Positions 1 through 8,073 of a stretch of DNA of 64,000 nucleotides are shown here, one piece after another (the first letter of the stretch is position 1; every line of letters begins with the position of its first letter). Under the pieces are notes generated by a model, which worked only from the letters and a program-made list of their open reading frames with translations, had not been told where the DNA came from and searched no databases. Made by a program: the position numbers and the translations under genes. The stretch comes from an uncultured Anaerolineae bacterium (GTDB lineage Bacteria; Chloroflexota; Anaerolineae; VGOG01), in contig CAYMKL010000010.1 in the NCBI GenBank assembly GCA_964390805.1, positions 12,158-76,157 of the forward strand. Reading direction: 5' to 3'.

Positions 1-402
1 GACGAGAGCTACCTTCGTCAGGTGCTTGAAGGAGGTGGGTCTGGTTACGTTCTGAAGAGAGCTGCTGACACCGAGTTGCTGTCCGCCATACGGGCTGTAC
101 ACGGAGGCGGAACGTATCTGCATCCCGCCCATGCTCAAATGCTTTTGGAGGGAACTGGGGAGAGTAGAAAGACCGAGGATGCAAATAGGGGTGGGTACGA
201 TCTCTTGAGCAATCGTGAAAAACAGGTGCTCAAGCTGGTAGTTCTTGGCTATACCAATAGGCAAATTGCCGATAAGCTCTTCATCAGTGTGAAGACGGCC
301 GAGACATACAGAGCGCGTATGCAAAACAAGCTTGGAATCAGGAGTCGAGCTGCCCTGGTACGCTATGCCTTGAGCCAAGAACTGCTCCTCGAAGACGAGT
401 AG
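1..402 (+). CDS. NarL/FixJ (LuxR-type) response regulator, C-terminal part (5' end outside window)
   Basis: Frame 1 is open from base 1. The C-terminal LuxR HTH region is present: 'NREKQVLKLVVLGYTNRQIADKLFISVKTAETYRARMQNKLGI'. Confidence 0.8.
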   Translation, partial: DESYLRQVLEGGGSGYVLKRAADTELLSAIRAVHGGGTYLHPAHAQMLLEGTGESRKTEDANRGGYDLLSNREKQVLKLVVLGYTNRQIADKLFISVKTAETYRARMQNKLGIRSRAALVRYALSQELLLEDE

Positions 403-475
403 ACCCTCCTTAACAATCATTCTGGGGCGAGTCAAAACAGTGGGCATCTCACTGATGCCGTCATAACACAAAAGG

Positions 476-507
476 GCAAGGGCTGGCTGTATTAGCCAGC
501 CTTTTTG
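476..507 (+). terminator. rho-independent terminator after the LuxR regulator gene
   Basis: Stem ggctggct / agccagcc (8 bp) with loop gtatt, followed by TTTTT (502-506). Confidence 0.7.
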
Positions 508-660
508 CGTCTTTCACAGAAAACAAGGGTTTTACCTGACAGGAAAAGGAAAATCATAGGGTTTTCCCCGCTAGACGAAAGCCGTCGGCAATTGTATAAT
601 AGTCTCGTCGCGACACACCTAAAAAACTAGTCCTATAGTGTTCATACCCGGTGGTCTGTT

Positions 661-1017
661 ATGGATTCGACTGCGAAGCCAGACGCCTATCAACCGAAAG
701 AAGGGGAATTTGCCAAGCGGGCTGAAGAGCAGCGCTCCGATGATGCCACCCTGCCCAATGCTGAAGTTGAGAGACGGGCCAAAGTTTTCAGCGCGTTGGG
801 CAACGAAACGCGGTTGAAGATCCTGAGATTGCTTTTGAGCGGAGACCTGTGTGTGTCTGGCATTGTGGAGAGTGTTGCTGGGGCTGCCTCGACGGTGGCC
901 CACCACTTGCGCATGTTGGAGGATGCTGGGCTTGTCACTAGTCGTCGCGATGGCAGATCTACCTACTACACTATCCAGAAAGAAGAACTGTCCAAGTATC
1001 ACATCTTTGAGTCATGA
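661..1017 (+). CDS. ArsR/SmtB-family metalloregulatory transcription factor
   Basis: HTH_5 signature: 'LGNETRLKILRLLLSGDLCVSGIVESVAGAASTVAHHLRMLEDAGLVTSRRDGRSTYYTI'. Its stop overlaps the downstream start (ATGA at 1014-1017), indicating translational coupling. Confidence 0.85.
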   Translation: MDSTAKPDAYQPKEGEFAKRAEEQRSDDATLPNAEVERRAKVFSALGNETRLKILRLLLSGDLCVSGIVESVAGAASTVAHHLRMLEDAGLVTSRRDGRSTYYTIQKEELSKYHIFES

Positions 1018-3332
1018 AGATTAGCAGGCGTGAGTTCATCAAACTGGCTGGCGTCAGCGCGGCCGCCGCAGCCCTGTACGAGTCCAGCGGCTCCATCCTA
1101 CAAGCCTTGAGCTTGATCAACCAGGCGACCCCTCCCGGCCAGGAGGTGTGGGCACCCAGCGTGTGCCAACTGTGTCCAGCTCAGTGTGGCCTGCGGGTAC
1201 GAGTAGTGAGGGGGCTGGCGGTCAAGATCGAGGGCAACCCCCGCCATCCTCTCAACCAGGGCAAGCCCTGCCCGCGAGCCCAGGCCGCCCTCCAGGTTCT
1301 CTACGACCCCGACCGGATACAGCATCCCCTCCGTCGCGTGGGAGAGCGGGGAGAGGACCGCTGGGAATCTATCTCCTGGGAGGAAGCCATCGCCCAGGTG
1401 GCAGACCACCTGAGAGGGCTGCACCACCAGGGGCAGGCCCACACGCTCCTTTTCCTGCACGACGCGCTCTCCGGCCAGATGCGCGAACTGATCGAGCGTT
1501 TCTGCCGGGCTTATGGCTCGCCCAATGTCGTCGCCGCCGACGGACTGGACGCCGAGCGTCTGACCCACCTCCTCACGCAAGGTTGGTTTGACCTGGCCGC
1601 GCACGATTGGGAGGAGACGGCTTACGTCCTGTTCTTCGGCGGCTCCTACTTGGAGGACTGGCAGCCCCAGGTGCACATGCTGCGAGCCTACTCGTACATG
1701 CGGCGCGGCCGGCCTGACCGGCGGACTCGCCTGGTACAAATAGGCTCTCGTTTCTCCGTTTCCGCGGCCAAGTCGGACGAGTGGGTGCCGCTCCTGCCTG
1801 GTCGCCAGGGGGCGCTGGCGCTGGGGATGGCCCACGTCATCATCCGCGAGCGGCTTTACGACCACGCCTTCGTGGCCGACCACACCGAGGGGTTCGACGA
1901 CTTTGCCACTCTGGTGCTGAAGCAGTACACGCCGGACGCGGTGACAGCGCTGAGCGGGGTGCCTGCCGATACGATCAAGCGGCTGGCGCGGGAGTTTGCT
2001 GGCAGCCGCCCTGCTGTAGCCGTCGCCGGACGAGGACTGGGGGAGGGTATCAATGCTCTCTTCAATCACGTCACCATCCACGCTCTCAACGCCCTGGTGG
2101 GCAGCGTGGATGCACCGGGCGGCATCCTGAGACCTCGACAGCCTCCTTTCACCCCCTGGCAGTCCGACCTGCCCGAAGAGTCCTCTCAGCCCAGACTGGA
2201 CGGGGCCGGCACTGCACCTTATCCGCTGGCCGCCAACGCCCTTCACACTCTGCCGGAGCGCATCGTGCTTGGCGCACCTTATGCCCCCCAGGCCCTGTTC
2301 TTCCACGAGACCAACCCTCTCTTTGAGGGGGCCGGGGCGAGCCGCTGGCGCGCTGCTTTCGAGCACATTCCCTTTGTAGTCAGCTTCTCTCCCTTCATGG
2401 ACGAGAGCACGCGCTACGCCGACCTGGTGCTGCCCAACCACACCTTTCTGGAGCGATGGGTAGACGGGACGCCGCCGGGCGGGCTGGGTGTGCCCACCAT
2501 TGGAGTAGGGCAGCCTGCCGTCGAGCCACTCTACGACACCCGAAACACCGGCGACGTGCTACTAGCCCTGGCTCGCGCCTTTGACGACGGCTTGGCCGAT
2601 CTCTTCCCCTGGTCGGATTACGAGCAATTGCTCCGCTTCCGAACACAGAGGCTCCTCGAGGCGGGAGGGTCCATCCAGGCTGACACCTTCGACCAGTTCT
2701 GGGGTGAGCTTGTGAAGCGAGGGGTCTGGGTAGGCTCCCCCTACACCTTCGGCCAATGGGAGGAAGTGCTGACTACACCTTCAGGTCGCTTCCAGTTCCG
2801 CCTGGCTCAGTTGGAAGAGGCATTGAGCAGGATCGGGGAAGAAAACGTCGGCTTTCTGGGACTGGAAGGCGAAGGAGATGTACTGTCGTTGCCCCACTAC
2901 GAGCCACCGCGCTATGCGGGCGATGTGGCAGAATATCCCCTCCACCTGATTCCCTACCAGGTGATCGCCGACGCTGGCTGTCGGGCTCCCAACGCCCCGC
3001 TCCTGTGGGAGATGTACGGCCTGCACCTCAAGGAGATGTGGCAGAGCTGGGTGGAGATCCACCCGGAGACGGCTCACCGGCTGGGCATTTATGATGGAGA
3101 CCAGGTGTGGATCGAATCGCCCCAGGGCCGCATCCGGCTCAAGGCCCGTCTCTACGAGGGGGCGATGCCTGACGCTGTCAACATCCCCCTGGGGGGAGGG
3201 CACACTGCCGGCGGACGCTGGGCCAGTCAGGTGGGAGGGGGGAACGTGGCCGAAATCGTCGTTCCGCAGACCGACCCGCTGGCCGGCACCGCTGCCTGGT
3301 GCAGCACGCGCGTCCGCGTTTACAAGGCTTGA
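1014..3332 (+). CDS. Tat-exported molybdopterin (bis-MGD) oxidoreductase catalytic subunit, PsrA/PhsA/TtrA-like CISM family
   Basis: Twin-arginine signal 'SRREFIKLAGVSAAAAALY'. N-terminal FS0 4Fe-4S motif 'CQLCPAQCGL...C'. Length 772 aa, and followed by FeS and NrfD subunit genes. Confidence 0.85.
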   Translation: MKISRREFIKLAGVSAAAAALYESSGSILQALSLINQATPPGQEVWAPSVCQLCPAQCGLRVRVVRGLAVKIEGNPRHPLNQGKPCPRAQAALQVLYDPDRIQHPLRRVGERGEDRWESISWEEAIAQVADHLRGLHHQGQAHTLLFLHDALSGQMRELIERFCRAYGSPNVVAADGLDAERLTHLLTQGWFDLAAHDWEETAYVLFFGGSYLEDWQPQVHMLRAYSYMRRGRPDRRTRLVQIGSRFSVSAAKSDEWVPLLPGRQGALALGMAHVIIRERLYDHAFVADHTEGFDDFATLVLKQYTPDAVTALSGVPADTIKRLAREFAGSRPAVAVAGRGLGEGINALFNHVTIHALNALVGSVDAPGGILRPRQPPFTPWQSDLPEESSQPRLDGAGTAPYPLAANALHTLPERIVLGAPYAPQALFFHETNPLFEGAGASRWRAAFEHIPFVVSFSPFMDESTRYADLVLPNHTFLERWVDGTPPGGLGVPTIGVGQPAVEPLYDTRNTGDVLLALARAFDDGLADLFPWSDYEQLLRFRTQRLLEAGGSIQADTFDQFWGELVKRGVWVGSPYTFGQWEEVLTTPSGRFQFRLAQLEEALSRIGEENVGFLGLEGEGDVLSLPHYEPPRYAGDVAEYPLHLIPYQVIADAGCRAPNAPLLWEMYGLHLKEMWQSWVEIHPETAHRLGIYDGDQVWIESPQGRIRLKARLYEGAMPDAVNIPLGGGHTAGGRWASQVGGGNVAEIVVPQTDPLAGTAAWCSTRVRVYKA

Positions 3333-3354
3333 AGGTTAGCGCAAGGAGTGAGAG

Positions 3355-4044
3355 ATGCCCCATTGGGGTATGGTGATTGATCTGGATAAATGCACCGCTT
3401 GCCAGTCCTGCTCAGCGGCCTGCCGGGCCGAGAACAGCGTTCCCTTCGCCGGGCCTGAACAGGCAGCCATGGGCCGACCGATTTTCTGGCAAGAGGTGCT
3501 TGAGCGGGAAGTGCGCGGCCACTACCCCTTCCTGGAGATGCAGTTCGTTCCTCGCCCCTGCATGCATTGCGAGAAGCCGCCGTGCGTCAAGGTCTGCCCG
3601 GTGGGCGCAACCTTTCGGACAGAGGATGGCCTGGTGGCGATGGACTACGACATCTGCGTCGGCTGCCGCATGTGCACCACTGCCTGTCCCTACGGCGTGC
3701 GCTACTTCAACTGGTACGCCCCGCAGTTCCCGGTGCCGCTGGACCGCACGCTGAACCCTGATGTACCGGTGCGTGACAAGGGAGTAGTGGAAAAGTGCAC
3801 CTTCTGTGTCCATCGGTTGCGAGCTGCGGAAGCCCAGGCGGAAGAAGAGGGGCGAGAATTGAGTGACGCTGAGGTCGTGCTCCTACCGGCCTGCAACCAG
3901 GCCTGCCCCGCCTCCGCCCGCTACTTCGGTGATCTGGAGGATCCGGAGAGTACCGTCTCACGGCTGGCTCGCAGCCGGCGTGCCTACGTACTGTTCGAGG
4001 AATTGGGCACTGAGCCCAGTGTCTACTATCTGAAGAGCGAGTAG
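3355..4044 (+). CDS. 4Fe-4S cluster electron-transfer subunit (PsrB/NrfC/DmsB-like)
   Basis: Several CxxCxxCxxxCP ferredoxin motifs: 'DKCTACQSCSAACRAEN', 'CMHCEKPPCVKVCP', 'CVGCRMCTTACPYG', 'CTFCVHR'. Confidence 0.9.
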   Translation: MPHWGMVIDLDKCTACQSCSAACRAENSVPFAGPEQAAMGRPIFWQEVLEREVRGHYPFLEMQFVPRPCMHCEKPPCVKVCPVGATFRTEDGLVAMDYDICVGCRMCTTACPYGVRYFNWYAPQFPVPLDRTLNPDVPVRDKGVVEKCTFCVHRLRAAEAQAEEEGRELSDAEVVLLPACNQACPASARYFGDLEDPESTVSRLARSRRAYVLFEELGTEPSVYYLKSE

Positions 4045-4047
4045 CGA

Positions 4048-5340
4048 ATGATGCAACAAGGTGAAGAGGCCCTACTTCTAGCTCCACTAACTCGCACGAG
4101 CCGCGGGTTCGCTGTCTTCGTGGGCCTGTTGCTGGCTGTCGTCGTCGCGGGGGGCGCGGCCTATGCCTATCAGCTTATTAACGGCCTGGGCGTGACCAGC
4201 ATGAACCGTCCTGTCTACTGGGGCGTTTACATCGTCAACTTCGTCTTCTTCATTGGCCTGGCCCACTCCGGCACCTTCATCTCCGCCATCCTGCGGCTGG
4301 TGGGAGCAGAATGGCGCAAGCCGCTGGCCCGCGCTGCCGAAGCCATCACCGTCTTCAGCATTCCTTTCGGTGCTGGCAGCATCCTGATGGATTTGGGCCG
4401 CATTGATCGCATGGTCAACATATTCGCCCGTGGGCGGTTCGAGTCCCCCCTCTTGTGGGACGTGACTTGCGTAAGTCTGTATCTGTTTTCCAGCGTTGTT
4501 TTCTTCTACCTGTCCCTTCTGCCTGACCTTGCTCGCTGCCGGGACCAGTTGACCGACGTACCTCGCTGGCAGCACCAGATGTACCGCATCCTGTCCCTGG
4601 GCTGGAAAGACCGCCCTGAGCAGTACCGTCGCCTGGAGAGGGTGCTGGGTGGGATGACAGTCTTTATGGCCATGCTCGTCGTCATCGTCCACACCGTCGT
4701 CGCCTGGGTGTTCGGCATGACGCTCCAGCCGGGCTGGCACACCGCCATCCTGGGCCCGTTCTTTCTCATAGGGGCTGTCTTCTCCGGCTCCGGTGCCGTC
4801 GTCGTGGCTATGGCGGTGTTGCGGCGCGCCTTTCACCTGGAAGAGGTGCTGACCCTCAAGCACTTCGACTACATGCGCAAACTGCTCATCAGCCTCACCC
4901 TGGTCTGGCTCTACTTCATGGTGACCGAATACCTGACCACCTTCTACGGCCAGGAAGTGGAGGAGATGCTGGTCTTCTGGCAGAAATTCACCGGCGCCTA
5001 TGCTATCCCTTTCTGGATCATGTTCGCGCTATGCTTCGCCGTGCCTCTGGCGATTTTCATGACCAAGGGAAAGCGAAGCGTCAGTTGGATGGTGGCGGCG
5101 GGATTGATCATCAACGTCGGGATGTGGCTGGAGCGGTACATCGTTATCATTCCCACCCTGACGCGGCCCCGGCTGTTGAGCGAGTTGGCGATGGGTTCCT
5201 ATACACCCTCTGTGATCGAATGGATCATCACCGCCGCCTGCTTCGCCGGCGTGTTGCTCTTTTATGCTCTGTTCACCCGTTTCTTTCCCATCATCCCCAT
5301 CTGGGAGCGATCGGAGGAAGTGGAGGCATACTTGCATTAG
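4048..5340 (+). CDS. NrfD/PsrC-family integral membrane quinol-interacting subunit
   Basis: About 8-10 predicted TM helices over 430 aa. Typical third gene of a PsrABC-type operon. Confidence 0.8.
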   Translation: MMQQGEEALLLAPLTRTSRGFAVFVGLLLAVVVAGGAAYAYQLINGLGVTSMNRPVYWGVYIVNFVFFIGLAHSGTFISAILRLVGAEWRKPLARAAEAITVFSIPFGAGSILMDLGRIDRMVNIFARGRFESPLLWDVTCVSLYLFSSVVFFYLSLLPDLARCRDQLTDVPRWQHQMYRILSLGWKDRPEQYRRLERVLGGMTVFMAMLVVIVHTVVAWVFGMTLQPGWHTAILGPFFLIGAVFSGSGAVVVAMAVLRRAFHLEEVLTLKHFDYMRKLLISLTLVWLYFMVTEYLTTFYGQEVEEMLVFWQKFTGAYAIPFWIMFALCFAVPLAIFMTKGKRSVSWMVAAGLIINVGMWLERYIVIIPTLTRPRLLSELAMGSYTPSVIEWIITAACFAGVLLFYALFTRFFPIIPIWERSEEVEAYLH

Positions 5341-5347
5341 TGGAGGG

Positions 5348-5447
5348 CAGAAACCAGGTTTTTTGGTTGATAAGATGGCTTCTCGCGTCCCAGGAGATCT
5401 CACACGGACAATCTGTTTGCTCAGACGGGGCAAAAACCTGGTTTCTC
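5348..5447. promoter_or_regulatory. 16-bp inverted repeat (CAGAAACCAGGTTTTT ... AAAAACCTGGTTTCTC) flanking a ~67-nt spacer, in the intergenic region
   Basis: The arms at 5348-5363 and 5432-5447 are reverse complements (15/16). A related pair lies at 13385-13477. Confidence 0.5.
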
Positions 5448-5469
5448 TGCCAAGACAAGGAGTGGAGCC

Positions 5470-5913
5470 ATGAAGACTGTCAAAGATCTGTTGAAAGGCA
5501 AAGGGTATGACATCTGGGCTGTGGCGCCGGATGATTCGGTGTATGACGCCCTCAAGCTGATGGCCGACAAGAATGTGGGAGCCGTGCTGGTGATGGACGC
5601 CGACCATCTGGTGGGCATCCTGTCGGAGCGGGATTACGCCAGGAGGGTCCTTTTCAAGGGAAAACTACCGGAAGAAACACCTGTCCGGGAGATCATGACC
5701 GAAAAGGTGTTGTGGGTGCGCCCTGATCAGACCGTCGAGGAGTGCATGGCGCTGATGACCAACAAGCGCGTGCGACACCTGCCCGTCTTCGAAGGCGATC
5801 AGTTGATCGGCGTGATCTCCATTGGGGACGTGGTCAAGGCCATCATCTCTGAGCAGGAGTTCATGATCGAACAGCTCGAACACTACATCACGGGGGGATA
5901 CTTCCGACCCTAA
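5470..5913 (+). CDS. CBS-pair domain protein
   Basis: Two CBS motifs: 'VGAVLVMDADHLVGILSERDY' and 'VRHLPVFEGDQLIGVISIGDV'. Confidence 0.85.
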   Translation: MKTVKDLLKGKGYDIWAVAPDDSVYDALKLMADKNVGAVLVMDADHLVGILSERDYARRVLFKGKLPEETPVREIMTEKVLWVRPDQTVEECMALMTNKRVRHLPVFEGDQLIGVISIGDVVKAIISEQEFMIEQLEHYITGGYFRP

Positions 5914-5927
5914 AGCCGAGGAAGATT

Positions 5928-6092
5928 ATGGACATTTCGTGGATTTTCACCACGCCGGGAATCGGCGGAATCATTGCTGCGACAGTGCTGCTGAGCGCGG
6001 CTGTGATATACATCGGTCTGACCCGTTGGATTCTGCAAGGCGGACGAGAAGAGGCGCCGCCGTGGGAGCAGATGGGCTGGCCATTCAAGTAG
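5928..6092 (+). CDS. small (54 aa) single-TM membrane protein; possible NfeD-like partner of the downstream SPFH protein
   Basis: ATG at 5928 after 'gaggaaga'. Translation 'MDISWIFTTPGIGGIIAATVLLSAAVIYIGLTRWILQGG...'. Absent from the ORF track because it is under 60 aa. Position directly upstream of the SPFH gene. Confidence 0.4.
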   Translation: MDISWIFTTPGIGGIIAATVLLSAAVIYIGLTRWILQGGREEAPPWEQMGWPFK

Positions 6093-6122
6093 AGCCATTT
6101 TTGAATAGTGAGGAGGCAAAAA

Positions 6123-6905
6123 ATGGACAACTTAGGGATTATAGGGGCTGCTGTGGCAGGCGCAATCGCTTTCCTAGTGCTCATCGTCTGGCCGGCAGTC
6201 AAGATCGTCCAGCAGTGGGAGAAGGGGGTCGTGCTGCGCTTTGGCCGGCTGATTGGCATCCGTGAGGCGGGGATCAACTTCATCCTACCCTGGATTGACC
6301 GCATGGTCAAAGTAGACATGCGAGTCGAGACCCTGGTCCTCGAACCTCAAGAGGTGATCACCCGCGACAATGTGACCGTGCACGTGGACGCGGTGGTCTA
6401 CTTCAAGGTGGTTGACGCCAAGAAGGCCGTCATTGAGGTCACGAACTACGTCAAGGCGACCACCCAGATCGCCTTGACCACGCTGCGGAGCGTTCTGGGT
6501 CAGTCTGAGCTGGACGAACTGCTGTCCCACCGCGACAGGATCAACGAGCGGTTGCGGGACATCATTGACGAGCATACCGAGGAGCCGTGGGGTGTGTTGG
6601 TGGTGACTGTCGAGGTCAAGGACGTGCTCCTGCCGGAGGGATTGCAGCGGGCCATGGCCCGCCAGGCCGAGGCCGAGCGGGAGAAGCGGGGCAAGATCAT
6701 CCACGCCGAGGGAGAGTTGGCCGCGGCCGAGCAACTGGTGCAGGCCGGAGACATGATCGCCAGCCAGCCGGTGAGTCTGCAACTGCGCTATCTTCAAACG
6801 TTGGTGGAGATGGCGGGCGAGCGAACCAGCACCATCATCCCTGTCCCCCTGGACATCCTCTCTTCGCTGGCCCCGATGCTGGGTGGAAAGTCCGACGAGG
6901 ACTAG
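6123..6905 (+). CDS. SPFH/band-7 (stomatin/prohibitin-like) membrane protein
   Basis: N-terminal TM helix followed by a band-7 core: 'VVLRFGRLIGIREAGINFILPWIDRMVKVDMRVETL...TRDNVTVHVDAVVYFKV'. AGGAGG RBS lies 6 nt upstream of ATG 6123. Confidence 0.85.
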   Translation: MDNLGIIGAAVAGAIAFLVLIVWPAVKIVQQWEKGVVLRFGRLIGIREAGINFILPWIDRMVKVDMRVETLVLEPQEVITRDNVTVHVDAVVYFKVVDAKKAVIEVTNYVKATTQIALTTLRSVLGQSELDELLSHRDRINERLRDIIDEHTEEPWGVLVVTVEVKDVLLPEGLQRAMARQAEAEREKRGKIIHAEGELAAAEQLVQAGDMIASQPVSLQLRYLQTLVEMAGERTSTIIPVPLDILSSLAPMLGGKSDED

Positions 6906-6932
6906 GCAGACCTTCTGCGAAGGGAGACGGGA

Positions 6933-8042
6933 ATGAAGAACTGGATATTCCATCATCGTTGGCTCCTGGCCGGAGCGCTGCTCCTGGTAGCACTACTGGC
7001 TATCGTGGGGACCATCGCCGCTCAGCCGCCCGTCCCACACGCGGTGATGGAGGGGGAGGACTGTCTGGGTTGTCACCAGGCGGGCGTGGCCGGCGCGCCC
7101 CGCCTGGCCTGGGACCACCTGGGGCGCAACAACGAGGACTGCGCGCGCTGCCACGAAATCAGTGGCGCGCCAGCCGGCGAGATCACCCATCCCGTGGTCG
7201 GTCGAGAGGACTGCTTGTCGTGCCATCGCGAGGGAGTGGGCGCCACGCCCAAGCTGACCGGCAATCACGTGGACTACACCAATGATGAGTGCGATTTGTG
7301 TCACTTTCCGTCAGCGATCGCGGTAGTAGAAGAACCTACTCCTGTGCCAGTGGAGCCTACCCCTGAGCCAGTAGAACCTACTCCGACCCCAGAGACCCCT
7401 CACATACCCACCGGCGAGAACGCCTGTGTGTCCTGCCACCAGCTCATCTTCACCGACGAGGAGCACGCCCTCTTCACCGGCCAGCCTATGGGCGACGCCG
7501 AGGCCGGCGCGATCCTCTACGCCCAGGTGTGCGCGAGCTGCCATGGCGACGACGGCTCCACTCCGGTGGGCGATGAGGATGCCGTCATTGGCGCAGAAGC
7601 TTACTGGAGCACCCATGACGATGCGGCCATCCTGCAAGACATCGGCATCGGGTCACATGGCCAGATGACTGCCTTTGCCCAGGACTACGACGGCCCGCTC
7701 TCCTGGGAGGAAATCCTGGACATAGCGGCCTTTGTGCGCTCGTGGGGACCGCTGGCTCAACCTTCGGAAGTGCCCGCTGTGGAAGGCCCTACCTACAGCG
7801 ACACCATCGGCCCGCTTCTGACCGAGCAGTGCGCACTTTGCCACGCGGCCCCTGCTACCCTGATCGTTACATCCTACGAGTCACTGATGGCCGGATCTGC
7901 TTCCGGGCCAGTGATCGTGCCCGGCGACCCTGACGGGAGCCGCATCGTTGAGGTGCTGCAAGAGGGGCACTTTGCCCAGTTGAGCGAAGCGGAGTTGGAT
8001 CTGTTGATCGAATGGATCGCCAACGGGGCGCCTGAAAAGTAG
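6933..8042 (+). CDS. heptaheme c-type cytochrome with N-terminal signal/anchor and a Pro/Thr/Glu-rich linker
   Basis: 7 CXXCH motifs (CLGCH, CARCH, CLSCH, CDLCH, CVSCH, CASCH, CALCH). N-terminal hydrophobic segment. Linker 'EPTPVPVEPTPEPVEPTPTPETP'. Confidence 0.85.
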   Translation: MKNWIFHHRWLLAGALLLVALLAIVGTIAAQPPVPHAVMEGEDCLGCHQAGVAGAPRLAWDHLGRNNEDCARCHEISGAPAGEITHPVVGREDCLSCHREGVGATPKLTGNHVDYTNDECDLCHFPSAIAVVEEPTPVPVEPTPEPVEPTPTPETPHIPTGENACVSCHQLIFTDEEHALFTGQPMGDAEAGAILYAQVCASCHGDDGSTPVGDEDAVIGAEAYWSTHDDAAILQDIGIGSHGQMTAFAQDYDGPLSWEEILDIAAFVRSWGPLAQPSEVPAVEGPTYSDTIGPLLTEQCALCHAAPATLIVTSYESLMAGSASGPVIVPGDPDGSRIVEVLQEGHFAQLSEAELDLLIEWIANGAPEK

Positions 8043-8073
8043 TATACCAGGGAAGAATGGACTTGATCATTCT

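Noticed and set aside
1098-2441. 447-aa ORF on the minus strand inside the molybdoenzyme gene (and similar long antisense ORFs at 19205-20497, 21074-22069, 29582-30655, 55726-56847, 56456-58018, 61674-62681)
   Set aside because: High-GC genomes produce long stop-free antisense frames. These translate to Arg/Gly/Pro-rich low-complexity sequences and overlap genes with clear family signatures on the opposite strand.
6587-7285. 232-aa Gly/Arg-rich plus-strand ORF overlapping the SPFH and cytochrome genes
   Set aside because: An out-of-frame overlap of two well-supported genes with a low-complexity translation.
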